Below, in pieces: positions 1 through 9,680 of a stretch of 64,000 bases of DNA. The stretch's first letter is position 1, and each line of letters begins with the position of its first letter. The stretch spans positions 8,230 to 72,229 of the forward strand of contig CBFIDK010000008.1 in assembly GCA_965661345.1 (NCBI GenBank), given 5' to 3'. The notes under the pieces are model-generated. The model was not told the DNA's origin. It saw only the letters and a program-made list of their open reading frames with translations, and made no database searches. The stretch is from Flavobacteriales bacterium (GTDB taxonomy: Bacteria > Bacteroidota > Bacteroidia > Flavobacteriales > UBA7312). Both the position numbers and the translations under genes were made by a program.

Positions 1-564
1 CCAAGTTTTGTAACAGTTGATGAAATGAATAAACTGTTAGATAAAACAATATTTACTGACGATTACACAGGTAAAAGAGATAGGCTAATAGTTGAAATTT
101 TTTATTCCACAGGTATAAGATTATCAGAACTGATAAATATAAAATTTAAAGATATTGACTTTAGTAAAAAACAACTTAAAGTTTTAGGAAAACGAAATAA
201 AGAACGCATTATTCCGTTAACCAAAGAGTTGGTAAATTCTCTAAATAATTTTACAGAAATTAGAAATTCAATGAGTGTGAAAAACGACTCTTATTTACTC
301 TTAACTGATAAGGGCAAGAAATTAAACCCTACACTAGTGTACAAAACTATGAACAAGTTAATCTCAGATGTTACTAGTCTTAAAAAAACCAGTCCACATG
401 TTTTGAGACATACTTTTGCTACTCACATGTTAAACAATGGGGCAGATTTAAATGTTATAAAAGAATTGCTTGGGCATGCCAGTTTATCAGCTACAGAGGT
501 TTACACTCATAACTCAATTGATAAATTAAAAAAAGTATTTAATAACGCTCATCCACGAGCCTAA
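1..564 (+). CDS. Tyrosine site-specific recombinase, XerC/XerD-like (C-terminal part; 5' end lies outside the window)
   Basis: Frame 1 is open from base 1. Catalytic-domain motifs are present: GIRLSEL, HVLRHTFATHML, LLGHASLSATEVYTH. Confidence 0.85.
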   Translation, partial: PSFVTVDEMNKLLDKTIFTDDYTGKRDRLIVEIFYSTGIRLSELINIKFKDIDFSKKQLKVLGKRNKERIIPLTKELVNSLNNFTEIRNSMSVKNDSYLLLTDKGKKLNPTLVYKTMNKLISDVTSLKKTSPHVLRHTFATHMLNNGADLNVIKELLGHASLSATEVYTHNSIDKLKKVFNNAHPRA

Positions 565-576
565 AACACTACAGTT

Positions 577-876
577 ATGCAAATTACTATTCATTCTATT
601 CACTTTGACGCAGATAAAAAACTATTAAACTTTATAAATAAGAAGCTTGAAAAGCTAATTCAGTTCGATGATGAGTTGATTTATTCTGAGGTATTTCTCA
701 AGTTAGAAAATACAGAAAGTAGAGCTAACAAAATTGTAGAAATCAAAGTTAATACAGGTAGTAATGATTTATTTGCTAGCAAGCAATGTGCGTCATTTGA
801 AGAGGCTGTTGACCTTGTTCAAGAAGCTTTAATCCGTCAAGTCAAAAAAAACAAGCAAAAAAAACGCCTCGTTTAA
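577..876 (+). CDS. hpf: Ribosome hibernation / ribosome-associated inhibitor protein (RaiA/HPF, short form)
   Basis: 99 aa. The N-terminus MQITIHSIHFDADKKLLNFINKKLEKL and the basic C-terminal tail are typical of the sigma54-modulation/HPF family. It lies between xerC-like and the tRNA-tuf cluster. Confidence 0.8.
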   Translation: MQITIHSIHFDADKKLLNFINKKLEKLIQFDDELIYSEVFLKLENTESRANKIVEIKVNTGSNDLFASKQCASFEEAVDLVQEALIRQVKKNKQKKRLV

Positions 877-926
877 GCCCATTTTTCTTCTAAAACTTTT
901 ATTGTAAAAAAAAAACAATGTTGTTA

Positions 927-957
927 TTTGTGTGAAACAAAAACTTTAATACATTTG
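927..957 (+). promoter_or_regulatory. Bacteroidota-type promoter for the tRNA-tuf operon
   Basis: -33 TTTG at 927-930, a 19-nt spacer, then -7 TAcaTTTG at 950-957. The box ends 43 nt upstream of the first tRNA. Confidence 0.6.
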
Positions 958-1000
958 CAAACCCTTTTTAAGAGGGGCTGTTTTTTTATTTATTGATTTT

Positions 1001-1074
1001 GCCGCTATAGCTCAGTTGGCTAGAGCAGCTGATTTGTAATCAGCAGGTCGTGGGTTCGAGTCCCTCTAGCGGCT
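1001..1074 (+). tRNA. tRNA-Thr (anticodon UGU)
   Basis: Manual cloverleaf: acceptor GCCGCTA/TAGCGGC, anticodon stem GCTGA/TCAGC, loop TTTGTAA, T-loop TTCGAGT. The T-stem has one U-U mismatch (GTGGG/CCCTC). Confidence 0.85.
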
Positions 1075-1104
1075 CAGTTCTTAGTTTAAGGGCTATATTG
1101 TTTA

Positions 1105-1186
1105 GGGGAGATACTCAAGCGGTCAACGAGGACAGACTGTAAATCTGTTGGCTACGCCTTCGTAGGTTCGAATCCTGCTCTCCCCA
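1105..1186 (+). tRNA. tRNA-Tyr (anticodon GUA), long variable arm
   Basis: Acceptor GGGGAGA/TCTCCCC, anticodon stem ACAGA/TCTGT, loop CTGTAAA, T-arm GTAGG-TTCGAAT-CCTGC. Confidence 0.9.
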
Positions 1187-1198
1187 CAAACAACTATC

Positions 1199-1272
1199 GC
1201 GGGAGTAGCTCAGCTGGCCAGAGCATCAGCCTTCCAAGCTGAGGGTCGCGGGTTCGAATCCCGTCTCCCGCT
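1199..1272 (+). tRNA. tRNA-Gly (anticodon UCC)
   Basis: Acceptor GCGGGAG/CTCCCGC, anticodon stem TCAGC/GCTGA, loop CTTCCAA, T-loop TTCGAAT. Confidence 0.9.
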
Positions 1273-1282
1273 CTTAACCTAA

Positions 1283-1354
1283 GCCGATGTAGCTCAGGGG
1301 TAGAGCGTTTCCTTGGTAAGGAAGAGGTCACGGGTTCAAATCCCGTCATTGGCT
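1283..1354 (+). tRNA. tRNA-Thr (anticodon GGU)
   Basis: Acceptor GCCGATG/CATTGGC, anticodon stem TTTCC/GGAAG, loop TTGGTAA, T-arm ACGGG-TTCAAAT-CCCGT. Confidence 0.9.
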
Positions 1355-1429
1355 CAACTGATAAAAAAACAGCCTTTCTTTTAACAAAAAAGAGGATTTT
1401 AACTTTAAATTAATTAAAAATAGCTAGCT

Positions 1430-2617
1430 ATGGCAAAAGAGAATTTTAATCGTACCAAACCACACTTAAACATTGGTACAATTGGTCATGTTGACCACGG
1501 TAAAACTACCTTGACTGCCGCTATTACTAAGGTATTGGCGGACGCTGGATTGTGTGAGGCTCAAGCGTTTGACTCTATCGATAACGCTCCAGAAGAAAAA
1601 GAAAGAGGTATTACAATTAACACTGCTCACGTTGAGTACGAAACTAATAACCGTCACTACGCTCACGTTGACTGTCCAGGTCACGCCGATTACGTAAAAA
1701 ACATGGTTACTGGTGCTGCTCAGATGGATGGTGCAATTTTAGTATGTGCGGCTACTGATGGTCCAATGCCTCAAACAAGAGAGCATATCTTATTAGCTCG
1801 TCAGGTAGGTGTTCCTGCTGTCGTTGTATTCCTTAATAAAGTGGATATGGTAGACGATGAGGAGCTTTTAGAATTAGTAGAGATGGAAGTGAGAGAATTA
1901 CTATCTTTCTATGATTATGATGGTGACAATGCTCCTGTAGTTTCAGGTTCTGCATTGGGTGCACTTAACGGTGAAGCTCAGTGGGTAGATACTGTAATGA
2001 AATTAATGGAAAGTGTTGATGCATTCATCCCTGAACCAGTTCGTGATAATGCAAAAGACTTCTTGATGCCAATCGAGGATGTATTTACTATTACTGGTCG
2101 TGGTACTGTTGCAACAGGTCGTATTGAGACTGGTGTAGCAAACACTGGTGATGCAGTTGATATCATTGGAATGGGTGCTGAGAAATTAGGCTCTACAGTT
2201 ACGGGTGTTGAAATGTTCCGTAAGATCTTAGACAGAGGTGAAGCAGGTGATAACGTAGGTATCCTTCTTCGTGGTATTGAGAAATCTGATATCAAAAGAG
2301 GTATGGTAATCTGCAAGCCAGGTTCAGTAACTCCTCACACAAGATTCAAAGCAGAGGTTTATATCCTGAAAAAAGAAGAGGGTGGACGTCATACTCCATT
2401 CCACAACAATTATCGTCCACAATTCTATTTAAGAACAACTGACGTAACAGGAGAAATCCAATTACCTGATGGAACTGAAATGGTTATGCCAGGTGATAAC
2501 TTAACAATTACAGTTGAATTAATCAACAAAGTAGCGATGAGCGTAGGTTTACGTTTTGCAATCCGTGAGGGTGGTAGAACAGTAGGTGCTGGTCAGATTA
2601 CTGAGATTTTAAGCTAG
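1430..2617 (+). CDS. tuf: Translation elongation factor Tu
   Basis: 395 aa. Motifs [18 protein letters not shown] and NKVDMV are present and the protein is EF-Tu-like over its full length. Confidence 0.99.
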   Translation: MAKENFNRTKPHLNIGTIGHVDHGKTTLTAAITKVLADAGLCEAQAFDSIDNAPEEKERGITINTAHVEYETNNRHYAHVDCPGHADYVKNMVTGAAQMDGAILVCAATDGPMPQTREHILLARQVGVPAVVVFLNKVDMVDDEELLELVEMEVRELLSFYDYDGDNAPVVSGSALGALNGEAQWVDTVMKLMESVDAFIPEPVRDNAKDFLMPIEDVFTITGRGTVATGRIETGVANTGDAVDIIGMGAEKLGSTVTGVEMFRKILDRGEAGDNVGILLRGIEKSDIKRGMVICKPGSVTPHTRFKAEVYILKKEEGGRHTPFHNNYRPQFYLRTTDVTGEIQLPDGTEMVMPGDNLTITVELINKVAMSVGLRFAIREGGRTVGAGQITEILS

Positions 2618-2682
2618 TAATTATAAATTATTTACAGCAAAGGGGTGAAGTCTTTAATTAGGCTTTGCTCATTGCTGTTTTT

Positions 2683-2755
2683 ACGGGTGTAGCTCAATTG
2701 GTAGAGTAGTGGTCTCCAAAACCATTGGTTGGGAGTTCGAGTCTCTCCACCCGTG
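2683..2755 (+). tRNA. tRNA-Trp (anticodon CCA)
   Basis: Acceptor ACGGGTG/CACCCGT, anticodon stem GTGGT/ACCAT, loop CTCCAAA, T-loop TTCGAGT. It occupies the canonical position between tuf and secE. Confidence 0.9.
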
Positions 2756-2770
2756 CAAAAAAAAAGAGAA

Positions 2771-2962
2771 ATGGCAAGATTTGTCGAGTATATAAAAGAG
2801 TCAGCAGATGATCTAATGAACAAGGTCTCTTGGCCAAGCTGGAAAGAGTTACAGAGTAGTTCTATTGTGGTTGCAGTAGCATCCTTAATAATTGCTCTGA
2901 TTGTTTATGTAATGGATTTAAGTTTCCGAAATGTTTTGGAAATATTTTATGACTTATTTTAA
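2771..2962 (+). CDS. secE: Preprotein translocase subunit SecE
   Basis: 63 aa starting at ATG 2771 (MARFVEYIKESADDLMNKVSWPSW...) with a single C-terminal TM segment. The listed ORF start at 2729 overlaps tRNA-Trp and is rejected. The gene lies just upstream of nusG. Confidence 0.85.
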   Translation: MARFVEYIKESADDLMNKVSWPSWKELQSSSIVVAVASLIIALIVYVMDLSFRNVLEIFYDLF

Positions 2963-2970
2963 ATAAAAAA

Positions 2971-3513
2971 ATGGCAGATAAACATTGGTACGTAGTAAGA
3001 GCTATTGGCGGACAAGAGAAAAAAGTGTCTGCTTATATTGAGAATGAAATTTCAAGATTAAATCTAAATGATTTTGTTTCTCAAATTTTAGTTCCTACTG
3101 AAAAAGTATTTCAAATTAGAAATGGTAAGAAAGTCAGTAAAGAAAGAAACTTCTTTCCTGGATACATTTTAGTAGAAGCTAATCTAGTTGGTGAAGTGCC
3201 TCATATTATCAGATCAATTCCTGGTGTAATCGGTTTTTTGGGTGCTACAAAAGGTGGTGACCCTGTTCCTATGAGAACATCTGAAGTTAACAGAATCTTA
3301 GGAAAAGTTGATGAACTAGCTATTACGGATGAGGAAATCGTTATCCCATATGTAATAGGAGAATCAGTCAAAGTAATTGATGGTCCATTTAATTCTTTTA
3401 GTGGTTTAATTGAAGAAATTGACGAACAGAAGAAAAAGTTAAAAGTTACAGTAAAAATATTTGGTCGTAAAACTCCTGTTGAATTGAGTTTTATGCAAGT
3501 TGAAAAAGAATAA
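2971..3513 (+). CDS. nusG: Transcription termination/antitermination factor NusG
   Basis: 180 aa with an NGN domain (WYVVRAIGGQEKKV) and a C-terminal KOW domain (GESVKVIDGPFNSFSGLIEEI). Confidence 0.95.
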   Translation: MADKHWYVVRAIGGQEKKVSAYIENEISRLNLNDFVSQILVPTEKVFQIRNGKKVSKERNFFPGYILVEANLVGEVPHIIRSIPGVIGFLGATKGGDPVPMRTSEVNRILGKVDELAITDEEIVIPYVIGESVKVIDGPFNSFSGLIEEIDEQKKKLKVTVKIFGRKTPVELSFMQVEKE

Positions 3514-3594
3514 TTTGTGTTAACCGATTTTTATGTTTTAGAAACATTTTGCTTCCAGTTTCTAGACGTCTAAATCAAAAAATAAATCAAACCA

Positions 3595-4041
3595 ATGGCT
3601 AAAGAAGTTAGTAAAGTTGTCAAATTACAGGTTAGAGGAGGCGCAGCAAATCCGTCGCCACCAGTAGGTCCTGCTCTTGGTGCGGCTGGGGTTAATATCA
3701 TGGAGTTTTGTAAGCAGTTTAATGCCAGAACCCAAGATAAACCAGGTAAAGTTTTACCGGTTGTAATAACCGTTTACGTTGATAAATCATTTGAATTTGT
3801 CATCAAAACTGCACCAGCAGCTGTACAATTATTGGAAGCATCCAAAAAGAAAAAAGGTTCTGGAGAGCCAAATAGAAATAAAGTAGGTTCTGTTTCATGG
3901 GATCAGGTAAAATCTATTGCAGAAGATAAAATGGCGGATTTGAACGCCTTTAATGTCGATTCAGCAATGATGATGATTGCCGGTACAGCCAGAAGTATGG
4001 GATTAACTGTTAAAGGTGGAACTGCTCCACAAAAAAAATAA
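3595..4041 (+). CDS. rplK: 50S ribosomal protein L11
   Basis: Contains [20 protein letters not shown]. 148 aa, conserved position. Confidence 0.97.
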   Translation: MAKEVSKVVKLQVRGGAANPSPPVGPALGAAGVNIMEFCKQFNARTQDKPGKVLPVVITVYVDKSFEFVIKTAPAAVQLLEASKKKKGSGEPNRNKVGSVSWDQVKSIAEDKMADLNAFNVDSAMMMIAGTARSMGLTVKGGTAPQKK

Positions 4042-4045
4042 CATT

Positions 4046-4735
4046 ATGGCTAGACTAAGTAAAAATATGAAAGAAGCTGTAGCTCAGATTGATAAGTCTT
4101 TAGCTTACACCCTCACTGACGCTGCTGGTTTAATGAAATCTATTTCAAAAACTAAGTTTGATGCTTCAGTTGATATTGCTGTCAAATTAGGTGTTGATCC
4201 AAGACAAGCAAACCAAATGGTTAGAGGAGTTGTTACTCTTCCTCACGGAACTGGAAAAGATGTAAAAGTTCTTGCCCTTGTTTCTGCAGACAAAGAAGCG
4301 GAAGCTAAAGAAGCTGGCGCTGATTTTGTTGGTCTTGATGACTACATAGCAAAACTAAGTGAAGGTTGGACTGATGTTGACGTAATCATTACTATGCCTT
4401 CAGTAATGGGTAAGTTAGGCGCCTTAGGACGTGTATTAGGACCAAGAGGATTAATGCCTAACCCAAAAACAGGAACAGTAACCATGGAAGTTGGTAAAGC
4501 GGTTTCAGATGTTAAAAAAGGTAAAATTGATTTTAAAGTAGACAAGTTTGGTATCATTCACTGTGCTATAGGAAAATCATCTTTTGAACCATCGAAAATT
4601 GTTGATAATGCAAGCGAGTTATTGCAAACAATTTTGAAATTAAAACCCTCGGCTTCTAAAGGTACATATGTACAGAGCGTTCATATGTCAAGTACAATGA
4701 GCCCGAGTATTCGAATTGATGAAAAATCAATCTAA
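4046..4735 (+). CDS. rplA: 50S ribosomal protein L1
   Basis: ATG at 4046 gives [11 protein letters not shown].... The ORF-track start at 4016 overlaps the end of rplK. Contains the [10 protein letters not shown] motif region. Confidence 0.95.
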   Translation: MARLSKNMKEAVAQIDKSLAYTLTDAAGLMKSISKTKFDASVDIAVKLGVDPRQANQMVRGVVTLPHGTGKDVKVLALVSADKEAEAKEAGADFVGLDDYIAKLSEGWTDVDVIITMPSVMGKLGALGRVLGPRGLMPNPKTGTVTMEVGKAVSDVKKGKIDFKVDKFGIIHCAIGKSSFEPSKIVDNASELLQTILKLKPSASKGTYVQSVHMSSTMSPSIRIDEKSI

Positions 4736-4747
4736 ATCATAACAGTT

Positions 4748-5269
4748 ATGACAAGAGAAGAAAAAAATAAAGCTATAGACGCTTTAAGCGTTCAGTTAGC
4801 TGACAATAAGAACTTTTACCTGACTGATATTTCGGGTTTAAATGCTGAAAGCAGCAGTAATTTAAGACGTGTATGTTTTAAAAGTGATGTTCAAATTCAA
4901 GTAATTAAGAATACACTTTTAAGAAAAGCAATGGAGAAAAACGACATTGACTTCGAACAAATGTATGATTCTCTAAAGGGAAACACAGCTATTATGTTTG
5001 CTGAGTCATCAAATGCTCCAGCAAAAATTATAAAAGAATTCAGAAAGAAAAAAGATAAGCCTATTTTAAAATCGGCTTTTATCGAAGAGAGTTTCTATTT
5101 TGGAGACGACCAAGTAGAAGTATTATGTTCGCTGAAATCGAAAGAAGAATTGATTGGCGATATTATTACTCTATTACAATCTCCTCCAAAAACAGTTATT
5201 TCTTCTCTGCAATCTGCAGGAGGAACGCTTTCTGGAATTTTAAAAACATTATCTGAGAGATCAGAATAA
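4748..5269 (+). CDS. rplJ: 50S ribosomal protein L10
   Basis: 173 aa, located between rplA and rplL, with an L10-like N-terminus (MTREEKNKAIDALSVQL). Confidence 0.93.
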   Translation: MTREEKNKAIDALSVQLADNKNFYLTDISGLNAESSSNLRRVCFKSDVQIQVIKNTLLRKAMEKNDIDFEQMYDSLKGNTAIMFAESSNAPAKIIKEFRKKKDKPILKSAFIEESFYFGDDQVEVLCSLKSKEELIGDIITLLQSPPKTVISSLQSAGGTLSGILKTLSERSE

Positions 5270-5347
5270 AAATCTTAGTGATTACGCACCACTAATTTTA
5301 ATGCTTCCACATTAAATAGAATTTATAACAAACTAAACTAAATTAAA

Positions 5348-5725
5348 ATGGCAGATTTAAAAGCTTTCGCAGAACAGTTAGTAAACTTAACTGTTAAAGA
5401 AGTAAGTGAATTAGCTGATATCTTAAAAGACGAGTATGGTATTGAACCTGCAGCTGCGGCTGTAGCTGTTGCAGGACCTGCTGCTGGAGGTGGCGGTGAC
5501 GCTGCTGAAGAGAAATCAGAATTTGATGTAATCTTAACAGCCGCTGGAGGTTCTAAGTTAGCAGTCGTAAAACTTGTAAAAGAGTTGACTGGTCTTGGAC
5601 TAAAAGAAGCTAAAGATATTGTAGACGGTGCACCAGCTCCTATCAAGGAAGGTGTAGCTAAAGACGAAGCTGAAGCATTGAAAACTCAATTAGAGGGTGC
5701 AGGTGCTGAAGTTGAGCTTAAATAA
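5348..5725 (+). CDS. rplL: 50S ribosomal protein L7/L12
   Basis: 125 aa with an Ala/Gly-rich hinge and the C-terminal domain [27 protein letters not shown]. Confidence 0.97.
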   Translation: MADLKAFAEQLVNLTVKEVSELADILKDEYGIEPAAAAVAVAGPAAGGGGDAAEEKSEFDVILTAAGGSKLAVVKLVKELTGLGLKEAKDIVDGAPAPIKEGVAKDEAEALKTQLEGAGAEVELK

Positions 5726-5746
5726 GTTTACAACATTATCATAAAA

Positions 5747-5792
5747 GGTTTAGGCTTTAAACACCCGTTTAAAGCTTAGACCATTTTGTGTT
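5747..5792 (+). terminator. rplL-rpoB intergenic hairpin (probable partial terminator/attenuator)
   Basis: A 15-bp stem, GGTTTAGGCTTTAAA (5747-5761) pairing with TTTAAAGCTTAGACC (5768-5782), has two G-U pairs. The loop is 6 nt (CACCCG) and the stem is followed by ATTTTGTGTTT. Confidence 0.6.
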
Positions 5793-5830
5793 TACAAACA
5801 ATTCATTTTATAACAAAAAAAAATACTAAA

Positions 5831-8800
5831 TTGACTTCAAATAAAACTACCGGTAGAATCAATTTTGCTTCAATTAAAAATCAATTAGAATATCCTGATT
5901 TTTTAGATATTCAAATTGGTGCATTTAGTGATTTCTTTCAAATAGGAGCATCATCTGATAGAAGAAAAGAAGAAGGACTTTGTAGAGTTTTCAATGATCA
6001 CTTTCCTATTTCCGACTCAAGAAATAATTTTGTTTTAGAATTTATAGACTACACAATTGATCCCCCAAGATATTCAATTGAAGAATGTATTGAAAGAGGA
6101 TTAACTTATAAAGTTCCTCTAAAAGCTAAACTAAAACTGTATTGTACTGATCCCGACCATGAAGACTTCGAGACTATTGAGCAAGAAGTATTTTTAGGTT
6201 CAGTCCCTTACGTTACTCCTAAAGGATCATTTGTTATTAACGGTGCCGAGCGTGTGGTAGTTTCACAATTGCATCGTTCACCAGGTGTTTTCTTTGGACA
6301 CAGTTTCCATGCTAACGGGGCTAAACTTTACTCTGCAAGAGTAATCCCATTCAAAGGTTCATGGATAGAATTCGCGACAGACATTCACAATGTGATGTAT
6401 GCGTACATTGACAGAAAGAAAAAATTACCTGTAACGACATTATTAAGATCTATCGGTTTTGAAAACGATAAGGATATTTTAGAAATATTTAATCTTGCTG
6501 ATGAAGTTAGAGTTAGTAAAGCTTCTCTGAAAAGAGTAGTTGGACGAAAGCTAGCGGCAAGAATATTAAAAACTTGGATTGAAGATTTCGTTGATGAAGA
6601 TACAGGTGAAGTAGTTTCAATTGAAAGAAACGAGGTAATTGTTGATAGAGAGACAATCATTGAGAAAGAACACATTGATGATATCATTGATTCAGGTTCA
6701 AAAACAGTCCTATTGCATAAAGAAGATATCAGTACTTCTGAGTATGCAATTATCTACAACACATTACAAAAAGACCCTACTAACTCAGAGAAGGAAGCTG
6801 TAATTTATATCTACAGACAACTTCGTAATGCTGAGCCGCCAGATGAAGAGACAGCAAGAGGTATTATTGATAAGTTATTTTTCTCAGATCAAAGATACAG
6901 TCTTGGTGAAGTAGGTAGATTTAGAATAAACAAAAAATTAGGTTTGAATGTTGATTCCGATATTCAAATACTTACAAAAGAAGATATTATTTCTATCATC
7001 AAAAACTTAGTTGAGTTAGCTAACTCTAAAACTAATGTTGATGATATTGATCACTTAAGTAACAGAAGAGTTAGAACAGTAGGTGAGCAGTTATCAAATC
7101 AGTTTAGCTTAGGTCTTTCTAGAATGGCAAGAACCATTAGAGAAAGAATGAATGTTAGAGATAACGAGGTATTTACACCAGTTGACTTGATTAATGCCAA
7201 GACACTGTCCTCTGTAATCAATTCATTCTTTGGTACTAATCAGCTATCTCAGTTTATGGATCAAACCAATCCGTTGGCAGAGGTAACTCACAAACGTAGA
7301 ATGTCTGCACTTGGACCAGGTGGTCTTTCAAGAGAGAGAGCCGGCTTCGAGGTGCGAGATGTACATTACACACACTACGGTAGATTATGTCCAATTGAAA
7401 CTCCTGAAGGGCCAAATATTGGTCTTATTTCTTCACTATGTGTTTATGCAAAAGTGAATAATCTTGGATTTATTGAGACTCCCTACAGAAAAGTAGAAGA
7501 TGGTGTTGTTAAGTTAAATGACGAGCCAATTTATCTAACTGCTGAGGAGGAAAATAATATGACAATTGCTCAGGCTAATGCACCTGTGGCTGATTCTGGT
7601 AATTTTGAAATTGATCGTGTAAAAGCACGATTTGAAGGCGATTATCCGGTAACAGAGCCACAGAATATTAGTCTAATGGACGTTGCTCCTAATCAGATTG
7701 CATCTATTGCTGCATCACTTATTCCATTTTTGGAGCACGATGATGCCAACCGTGCATTGATGGGCTCTAACATGATGCGTCAAGCAGTACCATTATTACA
7801 AGCTGAAGCCCCAATCGTAGGAACAGGTCTTGAGCCTCAAGTTGCTCGTGACTCTCGAGTTCTTGTAAACGCTAAAGGTAAAGGTGTCGTTGAATATGTT
7901 GATGCTAATGAAATTCACATTAGATATGATGTAACGGAAGAAGAGCGTTTACTTTCTTTCGACGATGAAGTTAAAGTATACAATTTAACAAAGTTTAAAA
8001 AGACCAACCAAAACACGTGTATTAACCTAAAACCAATCGTTGTTAAAGGCGATAAGGTTGTTAAAGGTCAAGTATTGTGTGAAGGTTATGCAACTCAAAA
8101 TGGTGAATTAGCCATTGGTAGAAACTTGAAAGTGGCATTTATGCCATGGAAAGGTTACAATTTTGAGGATGCAATTGTTCTTTCTGAGCGTGTAGTTCGT
8201 GAAGATTTATTTACATCTATTCACATTGAAGAGATGCTAGTAAACGTAAGAGACACTAAGAGAGGACCAGAAGAATTGACAGCAGATATTCCTAATGTTT
8301 CTGAAGAAGCAACTAAAGATCTTGACGAAAATGGAATGATTCGAGTAGGTGCTGACATTAAAGCTGGTGATATTATCATTGGTAAAATCACACCGAAAGG
8401 AGAGTCTGATCCAACACCTGAAGAAAAACTTCTTAAAGCAATATTTGGTGATAAAGCTGGTGATGTTAAAGATGCTTCTCTAAAAGCAAGACCTTCATTT
8501 AAAGGCGTTGTAATTGATAAAAAATTGTTCTCTAAGTCTATTAAAGACAAAAGAACGAGAGCAATGGATAAAGAAACAGTTGCTGAACTTGAAAAAGAAT
8601 ACAACAAATTATCAGCCGATTTAAAAAGTGTCCTAGTCAATAAACTCTTTACTTTATTAAGTGGAAAAACTTCTCAAGGTATTGTAAGTATATTAGGTGA
8701 CGATTTAATATCAAAGGGTGTAAAATATACCCTAAAGGCATTACAATCCATTGATTATGAAACATTCAACGTTAGATCTTCTAAATGGGTTGTTGATAAA

Positions 8801-9646
8801 GATTTAAATTATAAGGTTCAAACTTTAATGAACAACTATCTATTAAAGAATAGTGAGTTGTTAAGTGAATTCCGAAGAAAGAAATTCGCTGTTACAGTTG
8901 GAGATGAATTACCAGCAGGTGTACTTAAACTAGCAAAAGTATATGTTGCCAAAAAACGTAAAGTTCAAGTTGGTGATAAATTAGCTGGTAGACACGGTAA
9001 CAAAGGTATCGTAGCTAAAATTGTACGTGATGAAGACATGCCGTTCTTAGAAGATGGTTCAACCGTTGATATTGTACTTAATCCATTAGGTGTACCTTCA
9101 CGTATGAACCTTGGTCAGATTTACGAGACGGTACTTGGATGGGCTGGACAAAAATTGGATAGAAAATACTTCACTCCTGTATTTGATGGCGCATCAATTG
9201 ATGACATTAATAAAGAAACAGACCAAGCAGGTTTACCAAGATATGGACAAACTTATCTTTACGATGGTGGAACTGGTGAGCGATTTGATCAACCAGCAAC
9301 AGTTGGTATCATTTACATGCTTAAATTAGGCCATATGGTTGATGATAAGATGCATGCTCGTTCTATTGGACCATACTCATTGATTACGCAGCAACCATTA
9401 GGAGGTAAAGCTCAGTTTGGTGGTCAAAGACTTGGAGAGATGGAAGTTTGGGCACTTGAAGGATATGGAGCATCTAATATTCTACAAGAAATGCTAACTG
9501 TAAAATCAGATGATGTTGTTGGACGAGCAAAAGCTTATGAAGCTATTGTAAAAGGTAGTCCAATGCCAACTCCTGGTATTCCTGAATCATTTAACGTACT
9601 AATGCATGAGCTATTAGGTCTTGGACTTAAAGTAACTCTAGACTAA
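5831..9646 (+). CDS. rpoB: DNA-directed RNA polymerase subunit beta
   Basis: Unambiguous RpoB homology. There is no in-frame ATG upstream of the conserved INFASIKN...YPDFLDIQ region. The candidate starts are TTG 5831 (1271 aa, preferred) and TTG 5786 (ORF track). Confidence 0.95.
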   Translation: MTSNKTTGRINFASIKNQLEYPDFLDIQIGAFSDFFQIGASSDRRKEEGLCRVFNDHFPISDSRNNFVLEFIDYTIDPPRYSIEECIERGLTYKVPLKAKLKLYCTDPDHEDFETIEQEVFLGSVPYVTPKGSFVINGAERVVVSQLHRSPGVFFGHSFHANGAKLYSARVIPFKGSWIEFATDIHNVMYAYIDRKKKLPVTTLLRSIGFENDKDILEIFNLADEVRVSKASLKRVVGRKLAARILKTWIEDFVDEDTGEVVSIERNEVIVDRETIIEKEHIDDIIDSGSKTVLLHKEDISTSEYAIIYNTLQKDPTNSEKEAVIYIYRQLRNAEPPDEETARGIIDKLFFSDQRYSLGEVGRFRINKKLGLNVDSDIQILTKEDIISIIKNLVELANSKTNVDDIDHLSNRRVRTVGEQLSNQFSLGLSRMARTIRERMNVRDNEVFTPVDLINAKTLSSVINSFFGTNQLSQFMDQTNPLAEVTHKRRMSALGPGGLSRERAGFEVRDVHYTHYGRLCPIETPEGPNIGLISSLCVYAKVNNLGFIETPYRKVEDGVVKLNDEPIYLTAEEENNMTIAQANAPVADSGNFEIDRVKARFEGDYPVTEPQNISLMDVAPNQIASIAASLIPFLEHDDANRALMGSNMMRQAVPLLQAEAPIVGTGLEPQVARDSRVLVNAKGKGVVEYVDANEIHIRYDVTEEERLLSFDDEVKVYNLTKFKKTNQNTCINLKPIVVKGDKVVKGQVLCEGYATQNGELAIGRNLKVAFMPWKGYNFEDAIVLSERVVREDLFTSIHIEEMLVNVRDTKRGPEELTADIPNVSEEATKDLDENGMIRVGADIKAGDIIIGKITPKGESDPTPEEKLLKAIFGDKAGDVKDASLKARPSFKGVVIDKKLFSKSIKDKRTRAMDKETVAELEKEYNKLSADLKSVLVNKLFTLLSGKTSQGIVSILGDDLISKGVKYTLKALQSIDYETFNVRSSKWVVDKDLNYKVQTLMNNYLLKNSELLSEFRRKKFAVTVGDELPAGVLKLAKVYVAKKRKVQVGDKLAGRHGNKGIVAKIVRDEDMPFLEDGSTVDIVLNPLGVPSRMNLGQIYETVLGWAGQKLDRKYFTPVFDGASIDDINKETDQAGLPRYGQTYLYDGGTGERFDQPATVGIIYMLKLGHMVDDKMHARSIGPYSLITQQPLGGKAQFGGQRLGEMEVWALEGYGASNILQEMLTVKSDDVVGRAKAYEAIVKGSPMPTPGIPESFNVLMHELLGLGLKVTLD

Positions 9647-9680
9647 TTAATATAATTCTTAATAATCTACACATATAGAT

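Noticed and set aside
1-1354. A tyrosine recombinase next to a tRNA cluster could mark an integrated mobile element.
   Set aside because: The recombinase has XerC/XerD-type motifs and sits in the order xerC-like, hpf, tRNAs, tuf, which I recall as a conserved core arrangement in Bacteroidota. Everything downstream is housekeeping, and I saw no direct repeats of tRNA 3' ends or cargo genes.
1466-2316. Antisense ORFs inside tuf (1466-1684 and 1978-2316, minus strand).
   Set aside because: They lie opposite a strongly conserved, unmistakable EF-Tu reading frame. Their products are low-complexity Ser/Thr/Pro/Ile-rich, so they are artefacts of the sense-strand codon pattern.
2729-2770. The N-terminal extension of secE suggested by the ORF track.
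   Set aside because: It would be translated from within tRNA-Trp (2683-2755). ATG 2771 gives a normal 63-aa SecE.
5338-5646. A 102-aa minus-strand ORF rich in Ala/Pro/Ser.
   Set aside because: It is the mirror image of the Ala/Gly-rich hinge of rplL and has no independent signals.
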